A stretch of DNA of 64,000 bases, from assembly GCA_038871515.1 (NCBI GenBank), contig JAVZHX010000003.1, positions 47,860-111,859 of the forward strand. The letters run 5' to 3'. The stretch is from Candidatus Micrarchaeia archaeon (GTDB taxonomy: Archaea; Micrarchaeota; Micrarchaeia; Burarchaeales; Fermentimicrarchaeaceae). Of the stretch, positions 8,069-18,173 are shown in pieces; the stretch's first letter is position 1; the number at the start of each line of letters is the position of its first letter. A model generated the notes under the pieces. The model was not told the DNA's origin. It was given only the letters and a program-made list of their open reading frames with translations, and did not search any database. The translations under genes and the position numbers were made by a program.

Positions 8069-10735
8069 TTAGTTATACTTTTTTGCGAGCCATTCTATGA
8101 ACTTATCAGCTGCCCTCTCTGTATCCATCTCGGTTCCACCTGCAATAATTATTCTGTTCGTCCCAGCTGCAGTAACCACTGCCTTTCCTTTTGTTAATTT
8201 TGGTAGAGATGAAACTGCTGAATAAACCTCCCTGCTAACCGAGTTGACTTCTGGTGGGCCTATGAGAATGAGAATTGATGCCTTATCTACGTCTCTATCA
8301 AGCACGACAAGTTTATTAGCTGCTGGATTAAGGAAAACTCTTGATGCCGAGTAAGTAGGTGAAACCTCGCAACGGATAGAAGCACCGGAACCCGCAATGT
8401 TTGCAGTAATGCTCTGCTTTCTAAATGCAAGATTCCCTAGAAGGGTTGCGATGTTTGCAGCTCCAACAGATTCCTCCGCTGTAGTTCCCTCACCAATGAC
8501 TATCGTGAATGTTGGCTTACCCTCCTGGTTCAGTACCAGTACGTTGGAGAATGTGAGAGGGGTGGGTGTAAGAGAATTGTTCGTAGCGGCAACTAAGATG
8601 CCGATAAACTGGTCTGCCCCCGTTATTATGTCAACCGCTCTGTAACCGGCAACGAGAATTCGATTTGACCCAATAGCTTTCATAACTACTTTATCACTTT
8701 GAAGATCTATGGAGGTTGCTTTCAGCAAGTCGGAAATAACTTTATTTCCGGAATTTCCAACTAATAAAAGGTTCTGGTTCGTCATTTGAGGGGCGACTTC
8801 GTCATCCAGCAGCACAAGCTTCGTTTTTGATGTATCAATCGGATAAGGCAGAGCTGCCTGTTGAATAATTGGGATGCAGCGCGGAGGGGAGGTAGTTGTG
8901 TCGATGGATGCAGTTATGTTAATTTTTCTATATGCCCTATTACCAATCACTGCGGCAATGTTGCCAGCAGCTTTCACGTCCCTTGCGGTTCCTTTTTCGC
9001 CAACAACAATTTTCACAAGAGGTTGCCCGTAAGCATTGATGATTGGGACGTTAGATAATTTTGCTTCTTCAATTGTTACATTGGTTGACGGGCTGTAGTC
9101 TCTGTATCCTGCTGTGACATCTCTCTGAAGATGTACATCCAGTTCCCATGAATAGTAGCTTATCCCAAAGTCCGGTCGTATAGTACTCGCATTTATATAT
9201 CCCTGCTTGCTCACTACGAACTTATATTTTTTTAGGGAGGGAATGTGAATGTCATCAAACTTTGCTACTCCGTTAGAATCGGTGTATCTTGTGCTCTGAA
9301 GCTCATTGTCAAAATAGAGTTCAACCTTTGCTTCTGGTATTTTTGTCATACTGCCCGATTCATAAACCACTACTCTGATTGAAGCGTTTTCACTCCAGCG
9401 CTTCTCCTCTCCTTGAAGTGAAATTGAGAAAATTGTTTTCTTTGCATTCTCTAAAGCGAAACTCTTTGATCCTTTTACAATAGTGTAAAGCAAAATTGAG
9501 TATTCTCCAACGCCTCTTTGCAGTATCAGGTTTGAGCCCCCAATGGCGGTTACTTCATCCATACAGGCTTCCTTTCCACCCTCCTTTAGTATTGATGCCT
9601 TTCCAGTTGGTGAGTAGCATACGTTACTTTTAATCGTAAGGGTTAGGAGGGGGATGTTTGACTGATTCTTTGATATGTAAACGACGTATACACCATTATC
9701 ATCACTGAAAGCAGTGCCAAAAGCACTCTCTCCATAAGCTTGATACTCGCCGACTAATTTCCCATTTACAGGAACTTCTTTCTTGATTGCATTGCTTTCC
9801 GCAAGCAAGCTCTTAACGTTTTTATAATCGTATTTTGTTTCCAATATTTTTTCGCAGTTTTTTGAGTCAGTTGATTTGAAGCGGTATGAAAATGCGCCAA
9901 CTGCGATTCTTACTAAACCAGTATCTGCTTCGGTGTAGTTTATGATTATCCTGCCACTGTAGCTTGAACCAATAGATGTGCCGAGGGGTTTTCCCGCAGC
10001 ATCCGTGCATGCAATATTGATCACGCCTGGTTGCGCAATAAAAGCTTTGCCTCCAGAAGGAATTGTCACATTTCTCGCTGGCTGGTAGTATATACTCGCT
10101 TCTGTTGTATACTCAGGGCTTAAGTTCTGTGTGCAAGCAACTCCTTTCACAATTATTGTTCTGCCTGTTCCCTGTCCAAGCTCAAGGGTAAGCAGTCCAT
10201 TTTCATTCAAAGAGTAAGAAGCACAAGTGAGACCGGCGGGGAATGTGCATTGTGATGGTGTAGGTAGGGTTAGTTTTTGAGTGAACACCAGCTTGAGCAC
10301 ATCTCCCTCCTTCCATACACATATGGGATTTTCTTCATCAAAAGAGGGGCTGAGAACCGTGATTTCCCGTCCTCCTATATTTTTAGTTTTCTTAGAGATT
10401 TCATAATACTCCGGAAGCTCTTCCAAAAGATTATCAATTGTTAGATTTGTTTTTAGGTATGTAACAAATGTACTGGAGCCATCTCTATATGAAATAACTC
10501 CAATCTGTCCACCACTGAGTTTTTTTAGAATATTTCCTCCAAGTGCTACCCCCAAAAGTGATGAGAGCTCGCTTGCACCGTGCTCTGTGAGTTTAAAAAA
10601 ATGTAGCGAAGCAGCATTTTCAGTTGGTATGTTTGAGAATATTTCGTACTCTGTTGATGGTGTTTCTTGGGGTTGGAATAAGGTGCACCCAGCTATGAGG
10701 AGAATAAGCAACAAAACCAGAATTGTTTTTTTCAT
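8069..10735 (-). CDS. Cell-surface lipoprotein: pilin-like domain, CarboxypepD_reg-like domain, two S-layer-like modules
   Basis: Lipobox LIAGC; CTFPAGLTC; repeated IVVG..D/E..AA.NIA..GN.A(Y/F) and NRI..AG motifs. Confidence 0.7.
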   Translation of the reverse strand: MKKTILVLLLILLIAGCTLFQPQETPSTEYEIFSNIPTENAASLHFFKLTEHGASELSSLLGVALGGNILKKLSGGQIGVISYRDGSSTFVTYLKTNLTIDNLLEELPEYYEISKKTKNIGGREITVLSPSFDEENPICVWKEGDVLKLVFTQKLTLPTPSQCTFPAGLTCASYSLNENGLLTLELGQGTGRTIIVKGVACTQNLSPEYTTEASIYYQPARNVTIPSGGKAFIAQPGVINIACTDAAGKPLGTSIGSSYSGRIIINYTEADTGLVRIAVGAFSYRFKSTDSKNCEKILETKYDYKNVKSLLAESNAIKKEVPVNGKLVGEYQAYGESAFGTAFSDDNGVYVVYISKNQSNIPLLTLTIKSNVCYSPTGKASILKEGGKEACMDEVTAIGGSNLILQRGVGEYSILLYTIVKGSKSFALENAKKTIFSISLQGEEKRWSENASIRVVVYESGSMTKIPEAKVELYFDNELQSTRYTDSNGVAKFDDIHIPSLKKYKFVVSKQGYINASTIRPDFGISYYSWELDVHLQRDVTAGYRDYSPSTNVTIEEAKLSNVPIINAYGQPLVKIVVGEKGTARDVKAAGNIAAVIGNRAYRKINITASIDTTTSPPRCIPIIQQAALPYPIDTSKTKLVLLDDEVAPQMTNQNLLLVGNSGNKVISDLLKATSIDLQSDKVVMKAIGSNRILVAGYRAVDIITGADQFIGILVAATNNSLTPTPLTFSNVLVLNQEGKPTFTIVIGEGTTAEESVGAANIATLLGNLAFRKQSITANIAGSGASIRCEVSPTYSASRVFLNPAANKLVVLDRDVDKASILILIGPPEVNSVSREVYSAVSSLPKLTKGKAVVTAAGTNRIIIAGGTEMDTERAADKFIEWLAKKYN

Positions 10736-10763
10736 ATGACCACCACCATGAAATTAAATCAGG

Positions 10764-11735
10764 TTATATATTTATTGTTTTATGAATTCGCGGTATAATT
10801 GCGCAGAGGAATGCCTGCTCGCTCATCTCCCTTCTCTCAGTCAGCCCTTTTGAAAGGTAACCAATTGCACCTTTTTTCTTCCCTATTTCGTCTATTCCGC
10901 TGAGCTTTTCAAATACCTCACTCATTGTTTTCCTGTCTTTTATTATCTCCTGAATAAGCTCAGCAGGAACCTCAAATCCCATGCTGAAGCCAAGCGTGGT
11001 TGTTTCACCATCATAAACAGCGCACCACTGGCAGTCAAAAAACTTGTCTGAAAACTTGAAAAGCCCGCTCTCCAAACCAACTCCATAATCTGCTTTAAGC
11101 TTCTCCCTTGCAGCTTTTGCCCTTTCAATTGCTCCCGTTATCGTCTCCTCCTCAAAAGGCTGTGAGGAAATTTTTGTTTTCACCTCAACTCCAACAAGCT
11201 TGAATTTTTTGAATATTTTTTTTGCAACTCTTTCAACTCCTTTGAGCTTTGATGGGTTTGTTGAGCCAACCGCAATTAAAACTGGCTTTCTTCTCCTTCC
11301 AGCAACATCTATAACTCCTTTCTTCACTCTCTCGCAGGAGATTTTTTTCAAATCCTCCCCTGCAAGCAGTGGTATTGAAATTATCTCAAGCTCCTTCAAG
11401 CCTCTGCTCCTCCTCATTCTGTTAATCTCCTCAGCTCGCTGTCTCGTTTCCTCGCTGACAACTATTGCGTCAAATTCACCATCAACGGCAGGCCCGTAGA
11501 AGTCATCAAGCTTGAATATTTCAACTCTTTTAAGCTCGTTGCCAAGAAACTTTTTGAGGTTTCTCATTCTGAGCTTGAACGAAGCGCACCTGTGCTTCTT
11601 GTTTCTTCTCACAAACTCATCTGAGGTTAAACCTATGTAAACTCTTCTTCCAGCAGACAGAGCTTTCCTTAAAAGTTTTTTGTGCCCCTCATGGAGAGTA
11701 TCAAAAGTCCCTCCGAGTATCACCTTTTCGTGCAT
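10764..11735 (-). CDS. coaD: Phosphopantetheine adenylyltransferase fused to an inosine/xanthosine triphosphatase (YjjX-like)
   Basis: GGTFDTLHEGH, IVVSEET; VGSTNPSK, GVGLESG, GAIGYLS. Confidence 0.88.
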   Translation of the reverse strand: MHEKVILGGTFDTLHEGHKKLLRKALSAGRRVYIGLTSDEFVRRNKKHRCASFKLRMRNLKKFLGNELKRVEIFKLDDFYGPAVDGEFDAIVVSEETRQRAEEINRMRRSRGLKELEIISIPLLAGEDLKKISCERVKKGVIDVAGRRRKPVLIAVGSTNPSKLKGVERVAKKIFKKFKLVGVEVKTKISSQPFEEETITGAIERAKAAREKLKADYGVGLESGLFKFSDKFFDCQWCAVYDGETTTLGFSMGFEVPAELIQEIIKDRKTMSEVFEKLSGIDEIGKKKGAIGYLSKGLTERREMSEQAFLCAIIPRIHKTINI

Positions 11736-11770
11736 ACAAATAAATTAAAGAGAAGAATTAAAATGCTTTT

Positions 11771-11974
11771 ATGGATCAGGAGAGGAGAATAAGGGAGGAT
11801 ATAGAGCAGTTCCATAAAAATGTTAAGGGGATGAAAGGTGAAATTGTTGAGCTTGCGATGAGATACTGCAAGGATGCGGAGTTCTATCTGGAGAGGAAGG
11901 ATTATGTGACTGCTTTTGGGTGCATAAACTACGCACATGGTTTAATTGATGCTTTGAGGAGGATGGAGAGATGA
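11771..11974 (+). CDS. DUF357 family protein
   Basis: YCKDAEFYLE.DYVTAFGCINYAHGLIDA. Confidence 0.85.
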   Translation: MDQERRIREDIEQFHKNVKGMKGEIVELAMRYCKDAEFYLERKDYVTAFGCINYAHGLIDALRRMER

Positions 11975-13053
11975 TGTGGGAGTTTCAGCTTCCTACAAAG
12001 ATAATTTTTGGAAGGGGAAGCTTGAGCAGGCTTGGGGAGAACGTTGATGTGGATAAGGTGCTTCTTGTAACAGGCAGAGGTGGTTTCAGAGAGGATGTTG
12101 TTAAGAGAATACGCAAACAGCTGAAAGTTGATATAACTGTTTATAATGGAGTTGAGCCGAACCCAACCCACCAGAGCGTTGATGAAGGGATTGCAGTTAT
12201 TAAGGAGAGGGGCTGCAAGCTCGTGATTGCTTTGGGAGGAGGGAGCGTGATTGATGCTGCGAAGATGATTGCATGCCTTGCGGAAGCTGAAGGCAAGGCA
12301 TATGAGTATGTTTTTGGAGGGAGGAGAATTGAGAGAAGGGGTTTGCCTGTTATAGCAATTCCAACGACAGCTGGGACTGGAAGCGAGGTAACTCCATTTG
12401 CAGTTATTTCAGATAAAGAGAAGAAGCTGAAGCTGCCTGTGAGGAATAAATACCTTTTTCCAAAGGTTGCGATAGTTGACCCTGAGTTGACTGTCACCAT
12501 GCCGAGAGAGTTAACTGCAAACACAGGTGTTGATGCACTGGCGCATGCGCTTGAAGCTTTATGGTCTAAGAAAGCTCAGCCGATAAGTGATTATCTTGCT
12601 CTCAGAGCTGTGAAGATTGTTTTTGAGAGTCTTGAGAAAGCATGTGAGGAGCCAAATAATATTGAGGTGAGGGAGGAGATGTCGCTTGCAAGCTTGCTTG
12701 GAGGAATTGCGATAAGCAATATAGGGACAGGTCCGTCTCATGCAATCTCGTATCCTTTAACAGTTCATTTTGGCATTCCTCATGGAAATGCGTGCTCCCT
12801 TACTCTCCCTGAAGTGATGGAGTTCAATGCATTGGGATGTGAGAAAGTTAATAGGCTCACCCAGCTATATGGGCCGGAGAGAATGAGGGAGCTTTTCAGA
12901 AAAATTGGGTTGAAGATGAGGTTGAGCGAGTTTGGGGTTAAGAGGGAGGATATACCGCTTATACTTGATGGAGTTGTTTCATCAACTCTGGAGAGGAATA
13001 TAAAGGAGATGGGGAGGAAGGAGATTGAGGAAATTTTGAATAAAATTCTTTGA
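11971..13053 (+). CDS. Iron-containing alcohol dehydrogenase
   Basis: GGGSVIDAAK, PTTAGTGSE, DALAHALE, HGNAC. Confidence 0.92.
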   Translation: MMWEFQLPTKIIFGRGSLSRLGENVDVDKVLLVTGRGGFREDVVKRIRKQLKVDITVYNGVEPNPTHQSVDEGIAVIKERGCKLVIALGGGSVIDAAKMIACLAEAEGKAYEYVFGGRRIERRGLPVIAIPTTAGTGSEVTPFAVISDKEKKLKLPVRNKYLFPKVAIVDPELTVTMPRELTANTGVDALAHALEALWSKKAQPISDYLALRAVKIVFESLEKACEEPNNIEVREEMSLASLLGGIAISNIGTGPSHAISYPLTVHFGIPHGNACSLTLPEVMEFNALGCEKVNRLTQLYGPERMRELFRKIGLKMRLSEFGVKREDIPLILDGVVSSTLERNIKEMGRKEIEEILNKIL

Positions 13054-14226
13054 TTAGGTTAATACTTGCGGCATGAAGATGAGGAGCAAGCCAAGGATGA
13101 GCAGGACAACTCCTCCAATCAATTGGGAGAGCTTTCCATATTTTGAGCCGAAGTCTGTTGAGCTGAGTGTTATAACTGCCATGCTGAAAACAATCATGTC
13201 GTCAAGCATGTAGAAGAATACGTATATAAGGATGTAGAGGTAGTATTCAAGGAAGGGAAGGTTTCTCAAAGCAAGTATCCTTGTGAAAGTTGCTGGGAAG
13301 CCTGCTGAGCAGGCAAACTCAACTGTGTTAACTGTGAATGCAAGAAGCACTATTCCGAAAAGGGTTGCTGGCACTGCGCTTGGTTTTGTTAGCTCATCAA
13401 TTCTTTTCATAATCTTGCTTTGGGAAGCTGCGTCAGTTACCTTGCAGACTGCTTTTGGAAGAGTTATGTAATCCTTCAAGTTTATCAAACCGGCTCCAAC
13501 TGCTACAATTCCAACTAGCACACGGGTTATATCAGTGAAGCTTATAATCTCCCATAATTTCAGCCAGCCGGAGAGGATGAGAATATACCACACACCAGAG
13601 GCAAAAACAAATGTTCCAACTATGAGTATCATTTTCTTTCTGTCCTTTGTGCCAGTAAGCATTGTTATCAAGTAGATAAGCACCCACATGGCGCATGGGT
13701 TAAAGCCGTCAAGCAACCCGAGCAGTATGCTGAGGAGGGGGAGGGAGGCGGTTCTCATGTCAATTTTCCCAATAAATGGGTAGTTTATTACGTAGGTTTC
13801 AACCACTGTTGCATTTGTTGTCTCATTTCCTTCACTGCGGAGGACGTTTGTGTACGGGTCGATGCATCCAAACTGAATGCAGTTAGCTACTCTCTCCTCA
13901 ATTATTCTTCCCGTTGTGTCATCATCCATATAACCAATTATCACTCCATCTCCAACGTAAGTTTGGGGGACACCGAAGAAATCAGTTTCAGAAACTTTGT
14001 ATGCTCTGGCAAATCTAGTCATTAAATTAAGATTCTCATCTGAGATGTCAACTGCAAACTTCTTTATTTCCAGAGAGGGGTATTTTGCTTCAAGTTTTGA
14101 GAGGAAGATTGATTCAGCGTGGCAGTGCGGGCAGGTTGTTGAATAGAAGAAGTACATAGTGACATTATATGCAGTAATATGATGTGCTAGCAGAAGCAAT
14201 AACAGCAGCAGTGCAGTTTTTCTCAA
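13054..14226 (-). CDS. Thioredoxin/glutaredoxin domain fused to a DsbD/CcdA-like membrane domain
   Basis: Signal peptide, CPHC, DGFNPCA, EFACSAG; probable TTG start. Confidence 0.8.
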   Translation of the reverse strand: MRKTALLLLLLLLAHHITAYNVTMYFFYSTTCPHCHAESIFLSKLEAKYPSLEIKKFAVDISDENLNLMTRFARAYKVSETDFFGVPQTYVGDGVIIGYMDDDTTGRIIEERVANCIQFGCIDPYTNVLRSEGNETTNATVVETYVINYPFIGKIDMRTASLPLLSILLGLLDGFNPCAMWVLIYLITMLTGTKDRKKMILIVGTFVFASGVWYILILSGWLKLWEIISFTDITRVLVGIVAVGAGLINLKDYITLPKAVCKVTDAASQSKIMKRIDELTKPSAVPATLFGIVLLAFTVNTVEFACSAGFPATFTRILALRNLPFLEYYLYILIYVFFYMLDDMIVFSMAVITLSSTDFGSKYGKLSQLIGGVVLLILGLLLIFMPQVLT

Positions 14227-14270
14227 AGTAACACCAGATAGATATAAAGCAGAAAATTTATAAAACTTGT

Positions 14271-14780
14271 TTATTGTTTGGAGTTTTTGCATAGCTTGTT
14301 GAACTCAACTCTTGAGGAAATTTCAAATGAGTTGACAAGCTCGGAGATGTCCTTCTCTGGGAGCTCAAGGAGCTTGCTCAAACCACCTATGTTTTGTCTG
14401 TTTGCAAATTGGATGAGTTTATTTATTGTTGATAAATCCACCCAAGCCTCAATTTCAAGATTTACTGGGTTGGATTTGAGAGATTGGCCGTCAAGTATTC
14501 TTGAATTCCATGGATTCTCCATTCTTGAAGCGAGAAGCTTTCCTGTGTTTTTCAGTTCATTTTCAAGGAAGAGGGTGAATCTATTCTCAATCTCATCTGC
14601 AACTGGGAATTGAAGTTTTGGCTTTGTTTCGTTTATTCTGTCAAGAACTTTTAGGAGAAATTCCTTTGGTTTCTCCTTCCAGTCTGGTTTTGAGTCAATC
14701 ATTCCCATAATTCCATTAGCCAGCTCTCTGAACTCCTCCTCAGTTCTTCTCTGCTCTGCCTGCTTGAACGCAATGCTCAT
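14271..14780 (-). CDS. Hypothetical protein
   Basis: ATGA-coupled to the upstream glycosylase; no motif recognised. Confidence 0.55.
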   Translation of the reverse strand: MSIAFKQAEQRRTEEEFRELANGIMGMIDSKPDWKEKPKEFLLKVLDRINETKPKLQFPVADEIENRFTLFLENELKNTGKLLASRMENPWNSRILDGQSLKSNPVNLEIEAWVDLSTINKLIQFANRQNIGGLSKLLELPEKDISELVNSFEISSRVEFNKLCKNSKQ

Positions 14781-15439
14781 GGTTGTATTTTGGTTTTTTG
14801 TATATAAAAAGTGCATTCCTTCCTGAGCGGGCAGGGAGGGCAGTTTGGTTTTGTTTTGCAGTAGTTTTTCCCAAGCTCAACAAGGAGAGCGTGCATCTCC
14901 TTGTAAACTTCCAAGTTTCTCGGAAGGTTGGAGTGAAAGAAGTTTTGAAGTTTGTTATAATTTCCTTTTACAACTCCCAAGCGCTCGCAAATTCTTTTTG
15001 TGTAAGCATCTATTGGGAAAATTAGTTTCTCAGCAGCGTAGAGGAGAATTGAGTCAGCAGTCTCGTATCCGACTCCTTCAAGTGAGAGGAGCTCCTCCCT
15101 TGCTTCCTCAAGTGGTTTGGAGAGAAGTAGTTTTAAGTTTCCGTTGTATGTTTTTTCAATGTATTTTGCAAACTTCCTTAATCTTCTTGCTTTCTGTCTG
15201 TAGAAGCCGGTTGGTTTCACGCATGCATACAGTTTGGTTAAGCTTGCTTCTGCGATTGCTTTTGAGGTGAGCATCTTCTCATTTTTTAGATTTTCTATTG
15301 CTTTCTCAACGTTCCTCCATGTGCTCTGCTGTGTTAGAAAAGCACCTACAATTATCTCAAACTGGGGGTTGTTGCTTGTTGTGGGCCACCAGTGCTGCTT
15401 TCCAAAGTGCCTGAGAAGTTTTTTGTAGATTCTATTCAT
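14777..15439 (-). CDS. Endonuclease III-like HhH-GPD DNA glycosylase with 4Fe-4S motif
   Basis: WWP, EIIVGAFLTQ, GVGYETADSILLYA, C-x6-C-x2-C-x5-C. Confidence 0.9.
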   Translation of the reverse strand: MNRIYKKLLRHFGKQHWWPTTSNNPQFEIIVGAFLTQQSTWRNVEKAIENLKNEKMLTSKAIAEASLTKLYACVKPTGFYRQKARRLRKFAKYIEKTYNGNLKLLLSKPLEEAREELLSLEGVGYETADSILLYAAEKLIFPIDAYTKRICERLGVVKGNYNKLQNFFHSNLPRNLEVYKEMHALLVELGKNYCKTKPNCPPCPLRKECTFYIQKTKIQP

Positions 15440-15487
15440 AAGATCAGTTAAGCAAGAAAAATATTTAAGTTCCTTCCATTTTATATT

Positions 15488-15742
15488 ATGGCAACGTTTC
15501 TTATAATGGACTTGTTCAAACTTCCTTTTGGAGTTGTTTTGACGGGAGAGGTAAGAAGTGATGTGCTTAGGGTGAGAATGAAAGCGAACGTTGAGGGAAA
15601 GATGATGGAGGTAAAGGCAATTGAGATGGCGCACAGGCAAGTGCAGGAAGCGAAAGCAGGTGAGAAGGTTGGTGTAGTGCTGAGCAATGCTGATTACAAT
15701 CTACTTTACAAGTATAAGGGGAAAGTTGTGGAGTTTTTGTGA
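15488..15742 (+). CDS. Stand-alone EF-Tu domain II-like beta-barrel protein
   Basis: VVLTGEV..VKAIEM..VQEAKAGEKVGVVL. Confidence 0.75.
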   Translation: MATFLIMDLFKLPFGVVLTGEVRSDVLRVRMKANVEGKMMEVKAIEMAHRQVQEAKAGEKVGVVLSNADYNLLYKYKGKVVEFL

Positions 15743-15783
15743 AGTATTAAATTAATTTCCTTTCAAATAGATAGGGGGTTGCT

Positions 15784-16233
15784 ATGTCCAGGCCTTCTTG
15801 GGATGAGTATTTTATGAAGATATGCAATGTGGTTGCTGAGAGGTCAACGTGCAAGAGGCATCAGTTTGGAGCAGTAATTGTCAGAGATAAAAGGTTGCTT
15901 GCAACGGGTTACAACGGCGCTCCAAGCGGCTTGCCGCATTGTTTGGATATCGGTTGTTTAAGGGATGAATTGAAGATACCTAGTGGGACGCATCATGAGA
16001 TATGCAGGGGAGTTCATGCTGAGCAGAACGCGATAATTCAGTGCGCGCTGCATGGAGTTTCATCAAAGGATGCTACAATGTATGTGAATGGAATCCCGTG
16101 TAAAATATGCGCTAAAATGATAATCAATGCTGGTATAAGGAGGGTTGTTTACTCAGGCGATTATGCTGATAAGGAAGCTTTTGAGCTTTTCAAGCAGGCT
16201 GGAGTGAAGATGGATAGAATTAACTTGAAGTGA
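15784..16233 (+). CDS. dCMP deaminase (ComEB-like)
   Basis: [29 protein letters not shown]. Confidence 0.93.
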   Translation: MSRPSWDEYFMKICNVVAERSTCKRHQFGAVIVRDKRLLATGYNGAPSGLPHCLDIGCLRDELKIPSGTHHEICRGVHAEQNAIIQCALHGVSSKDATMYVNGIPCKICAKMIINAGIRRVVYSGDYADKEAFELFKQAGVKMDRINLK

Positions 16234-16237
16234 GAGG

Positions 16238-16633
16238 ATGGCGTTAAGGGTGCTGCATTCGTTTGTTCATCAGAGTGATGAGAAAATAACCTCCCTTACA
16301 GTTTCTCTTGGGGAGGATGGAGTTTTCATAACGCTGAGTGATAAGAAGAATAAAAATAGGGTGAAGCTTGGGTTGGATGAGGTTGCTGGGCTTGCTGATG
16401 CAGTTGAGAGGAATAAAAGTTGGAGCGCATTTCACACTTTTACAACTCTTGAAAACAAGGAAAGCAGGAGCAGAATAAACTATGCTGATGGTTTCTTCAG
16501 TGTTGAGGGTGAAACGAAAATAGCGGTGAAGCTTGCTGAAAATGAAAAGGCTGCTTTCAAGCGAGTGCTTGAGTTTGCTTTGGAGAGGATGCTGGAGAGC
16601 AGGTTGAGGGGAAGTGTTAAATCAATTAGGTAG
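16238..16633 (+). CDS. Hypothetical protein, possibly two PC4/Whirly-like repeats
   Basis: Repeated strand-rich unit ending VKL..(D/N)E.A. Confidence 0.55.
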   Translation: MALRVLHSFVHQSDEKITSLTVSLGEDGVFITLSDKKNKNRVKLGLDEVAGLADAVERNKSWSAFHTFTTLENKESRSRINYADGFFSVEGETKIAVKLAENEKAAFKRVLEFALERMLESRLRGSVKSIR

Positions 16634-18142
16634 CTATCCCAGTTTTGACTTTTTTATTTCATCTGATGCAGTTATTTCGGCAAGCACCTTTGCAAGTTCA
16701 TCTATTTCTTCTTCATTATTCCTTATTGAGAATGAAACTCTCACGCTGTCCGGCTTGGGTATGTAGGTTGTTTCAATTCCACGTTTGTGCAACTCCTCAA
16801 CAACTTTTTGGGAACTGATGTTCTCCAATGAAAAAGCAAGTATTGCTGGGGAGGAATTGTGAGGAGAGAGAATCTGCATGTGTGGGATTGTTTTAAGCTT
16901 ATCAACAGCATATTCTTTTAGGTGCTTGATTCTCTCATGAACTTTATCCCATCCTATCTCATCAAAGAATTTCAGAGATTCGTTTAATGATGCAATTTCT
17001 GGTGTGGAGATTCTCCTGAACTCGCTGAGCGTTCTCTCATCCAGGCTTGCCCAGTCGTTGATTGTCCTACGCTCTCCTTTAAATATGTTGATTGGCTGGT
17101 TGTCCGGGTGGAATTGAAATGCCTTCAGCTCAAACAGCGGTGCAGTTCCAAAGTAGGGGTTGGGTTCAAGCAACTTTTGAATTAGCTTGGCGTTGCGCTC
17201 ACTGATGTAGAGTATGCCTGTCGCTGGTTCGGAAAGCAGTGTTTTATGCGCGCTTGCAACGTAAAAATCACATCCAATTCCCTCAACGTTAATTTGGCTT
17301 GGATGGAGGTTGCCAAGCACCTGCGCCCCATCTATGAGAAAGTAAACTTTTCTGTTTTCATCTGAATGTTTTTTGGCTATCTCGGAGATTTTTTCAACTG
17401 GCGCCACTCCTCCATCCCCTCTGAATACGTGGCTTACAACAATAAGCTTTGTTTTCTCATTTATTGCATTCTCTATGTTCGCAAGCATCTCCTCATCGTT
17501 TCTTCCAACGTTTACAACTCTCATTTTCACATCAAGGTATCTCCTTTCACCAAGCTGTAGTTGAACGAGGTAAGCGGAGCGGTGTTTTATACTATCCGAA
17601 TCCAAAGCATAGTTCTGCATGGTAAGCCCAACCTCATCAAACAGGGATGGGGTTGCAGTGAATTCGGCTATCGGAAGACGTCCGAGTTGAAACTGGCGGA
17701 GAGGGCGCATCTTTTGGGGAGGGGGAAGTCTGTATAGCGGGTCAAAGAAAACCCGCATGCTCGGGAAGTATTCGCGGGTGGTTGTTATGAATTCATCTCC
17801 CTCCTTCAGCACCATTGCAGCCACAAGCTTCATTGCCTCAGTTGTGTTGTTATCAAAAACTATATTCTGGGGTTTTGTCCCAAGGAGTTTTGAGACTCTA
17901 ACTCTTGTTTCTTCAACTAAGTTGAGCTGCTCTTTGAAGTTTTCATCAAGACGTACGTATTTTTTATGGTATCTGTCAAACTCCATTACTGCAGCCTTGA
18001 TTGATTGCGTTGGGGGTATGCCGATGCTTGCGTCGTTAAAATAGATTTTTCCAATAGATGGGTCTTTGAAGAAGAGAGAAGGTGGCGGAAAGCGCTCCTT
18101 GATTTCGGACCAGAATTTCCTTTCCTCTGCCTCCTTTTGCAT
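16634..18142 (-). CDS. Class V PLP-dependent aminotransferase (cysteine desulfurase/isopenicillin epimerase-like)
   Basis: NTTEAM, IDGAQ, SAHK (PLP lysine), VRVSF; no catalytic Cys loop seen. Confidence 0.8.
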   Translation of the reverse strand: MQKEAEERKFWSEIKERFPPPSLFFKDPSIGKIYFNDASIGIPPTQSIKAAVMEFDRYHKKYVRLDENFKEQLNLVEETRVRVSKLLGTKPQNIVFDNNTTEAMKLVAAMVLKEGDEFITTTREYFPSMRVFFDPLYRLPPPQKMRPLRQFQLGRLPIAEFTATPSLFDEVGLTMQNYALDSDSIKHRSAYLVQLQLGERRYLDVKMRVVNVGRNDEEMLANIENAINEKTKLIVVSHVFRGDGGVAPVEKISEIAKKHSDENRKVYFLIDGAQVLGNLHPSQINVEGIGCDFYVASAHKTLLSEPATGILYISERNAKLIQKLLEPNPYFGTAPLFELKAFQFHPDNQPINIFKGERRTINDWASLDERTLSEFRRISTPEIASLNESLKFFDEIGWDKVHERIKHLKEYAVDKLKTIPHMQILSPHNSSPAILAFSLENISSQKVVEELHKRGIETTYIPKPDSVRVSFSIRNNEEEIDELAKVLAEITASDEIKKSKLG

Positions 18143-18173
18143 AATAATATTATACCAGAGCTCGTTAATAAAA

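Noticed and set aside
10764..11735. PPAT-YjjX fusion as a novelty
   Set aside because: To my knowledge this bifunctional fusion is already annotated in other archaea.
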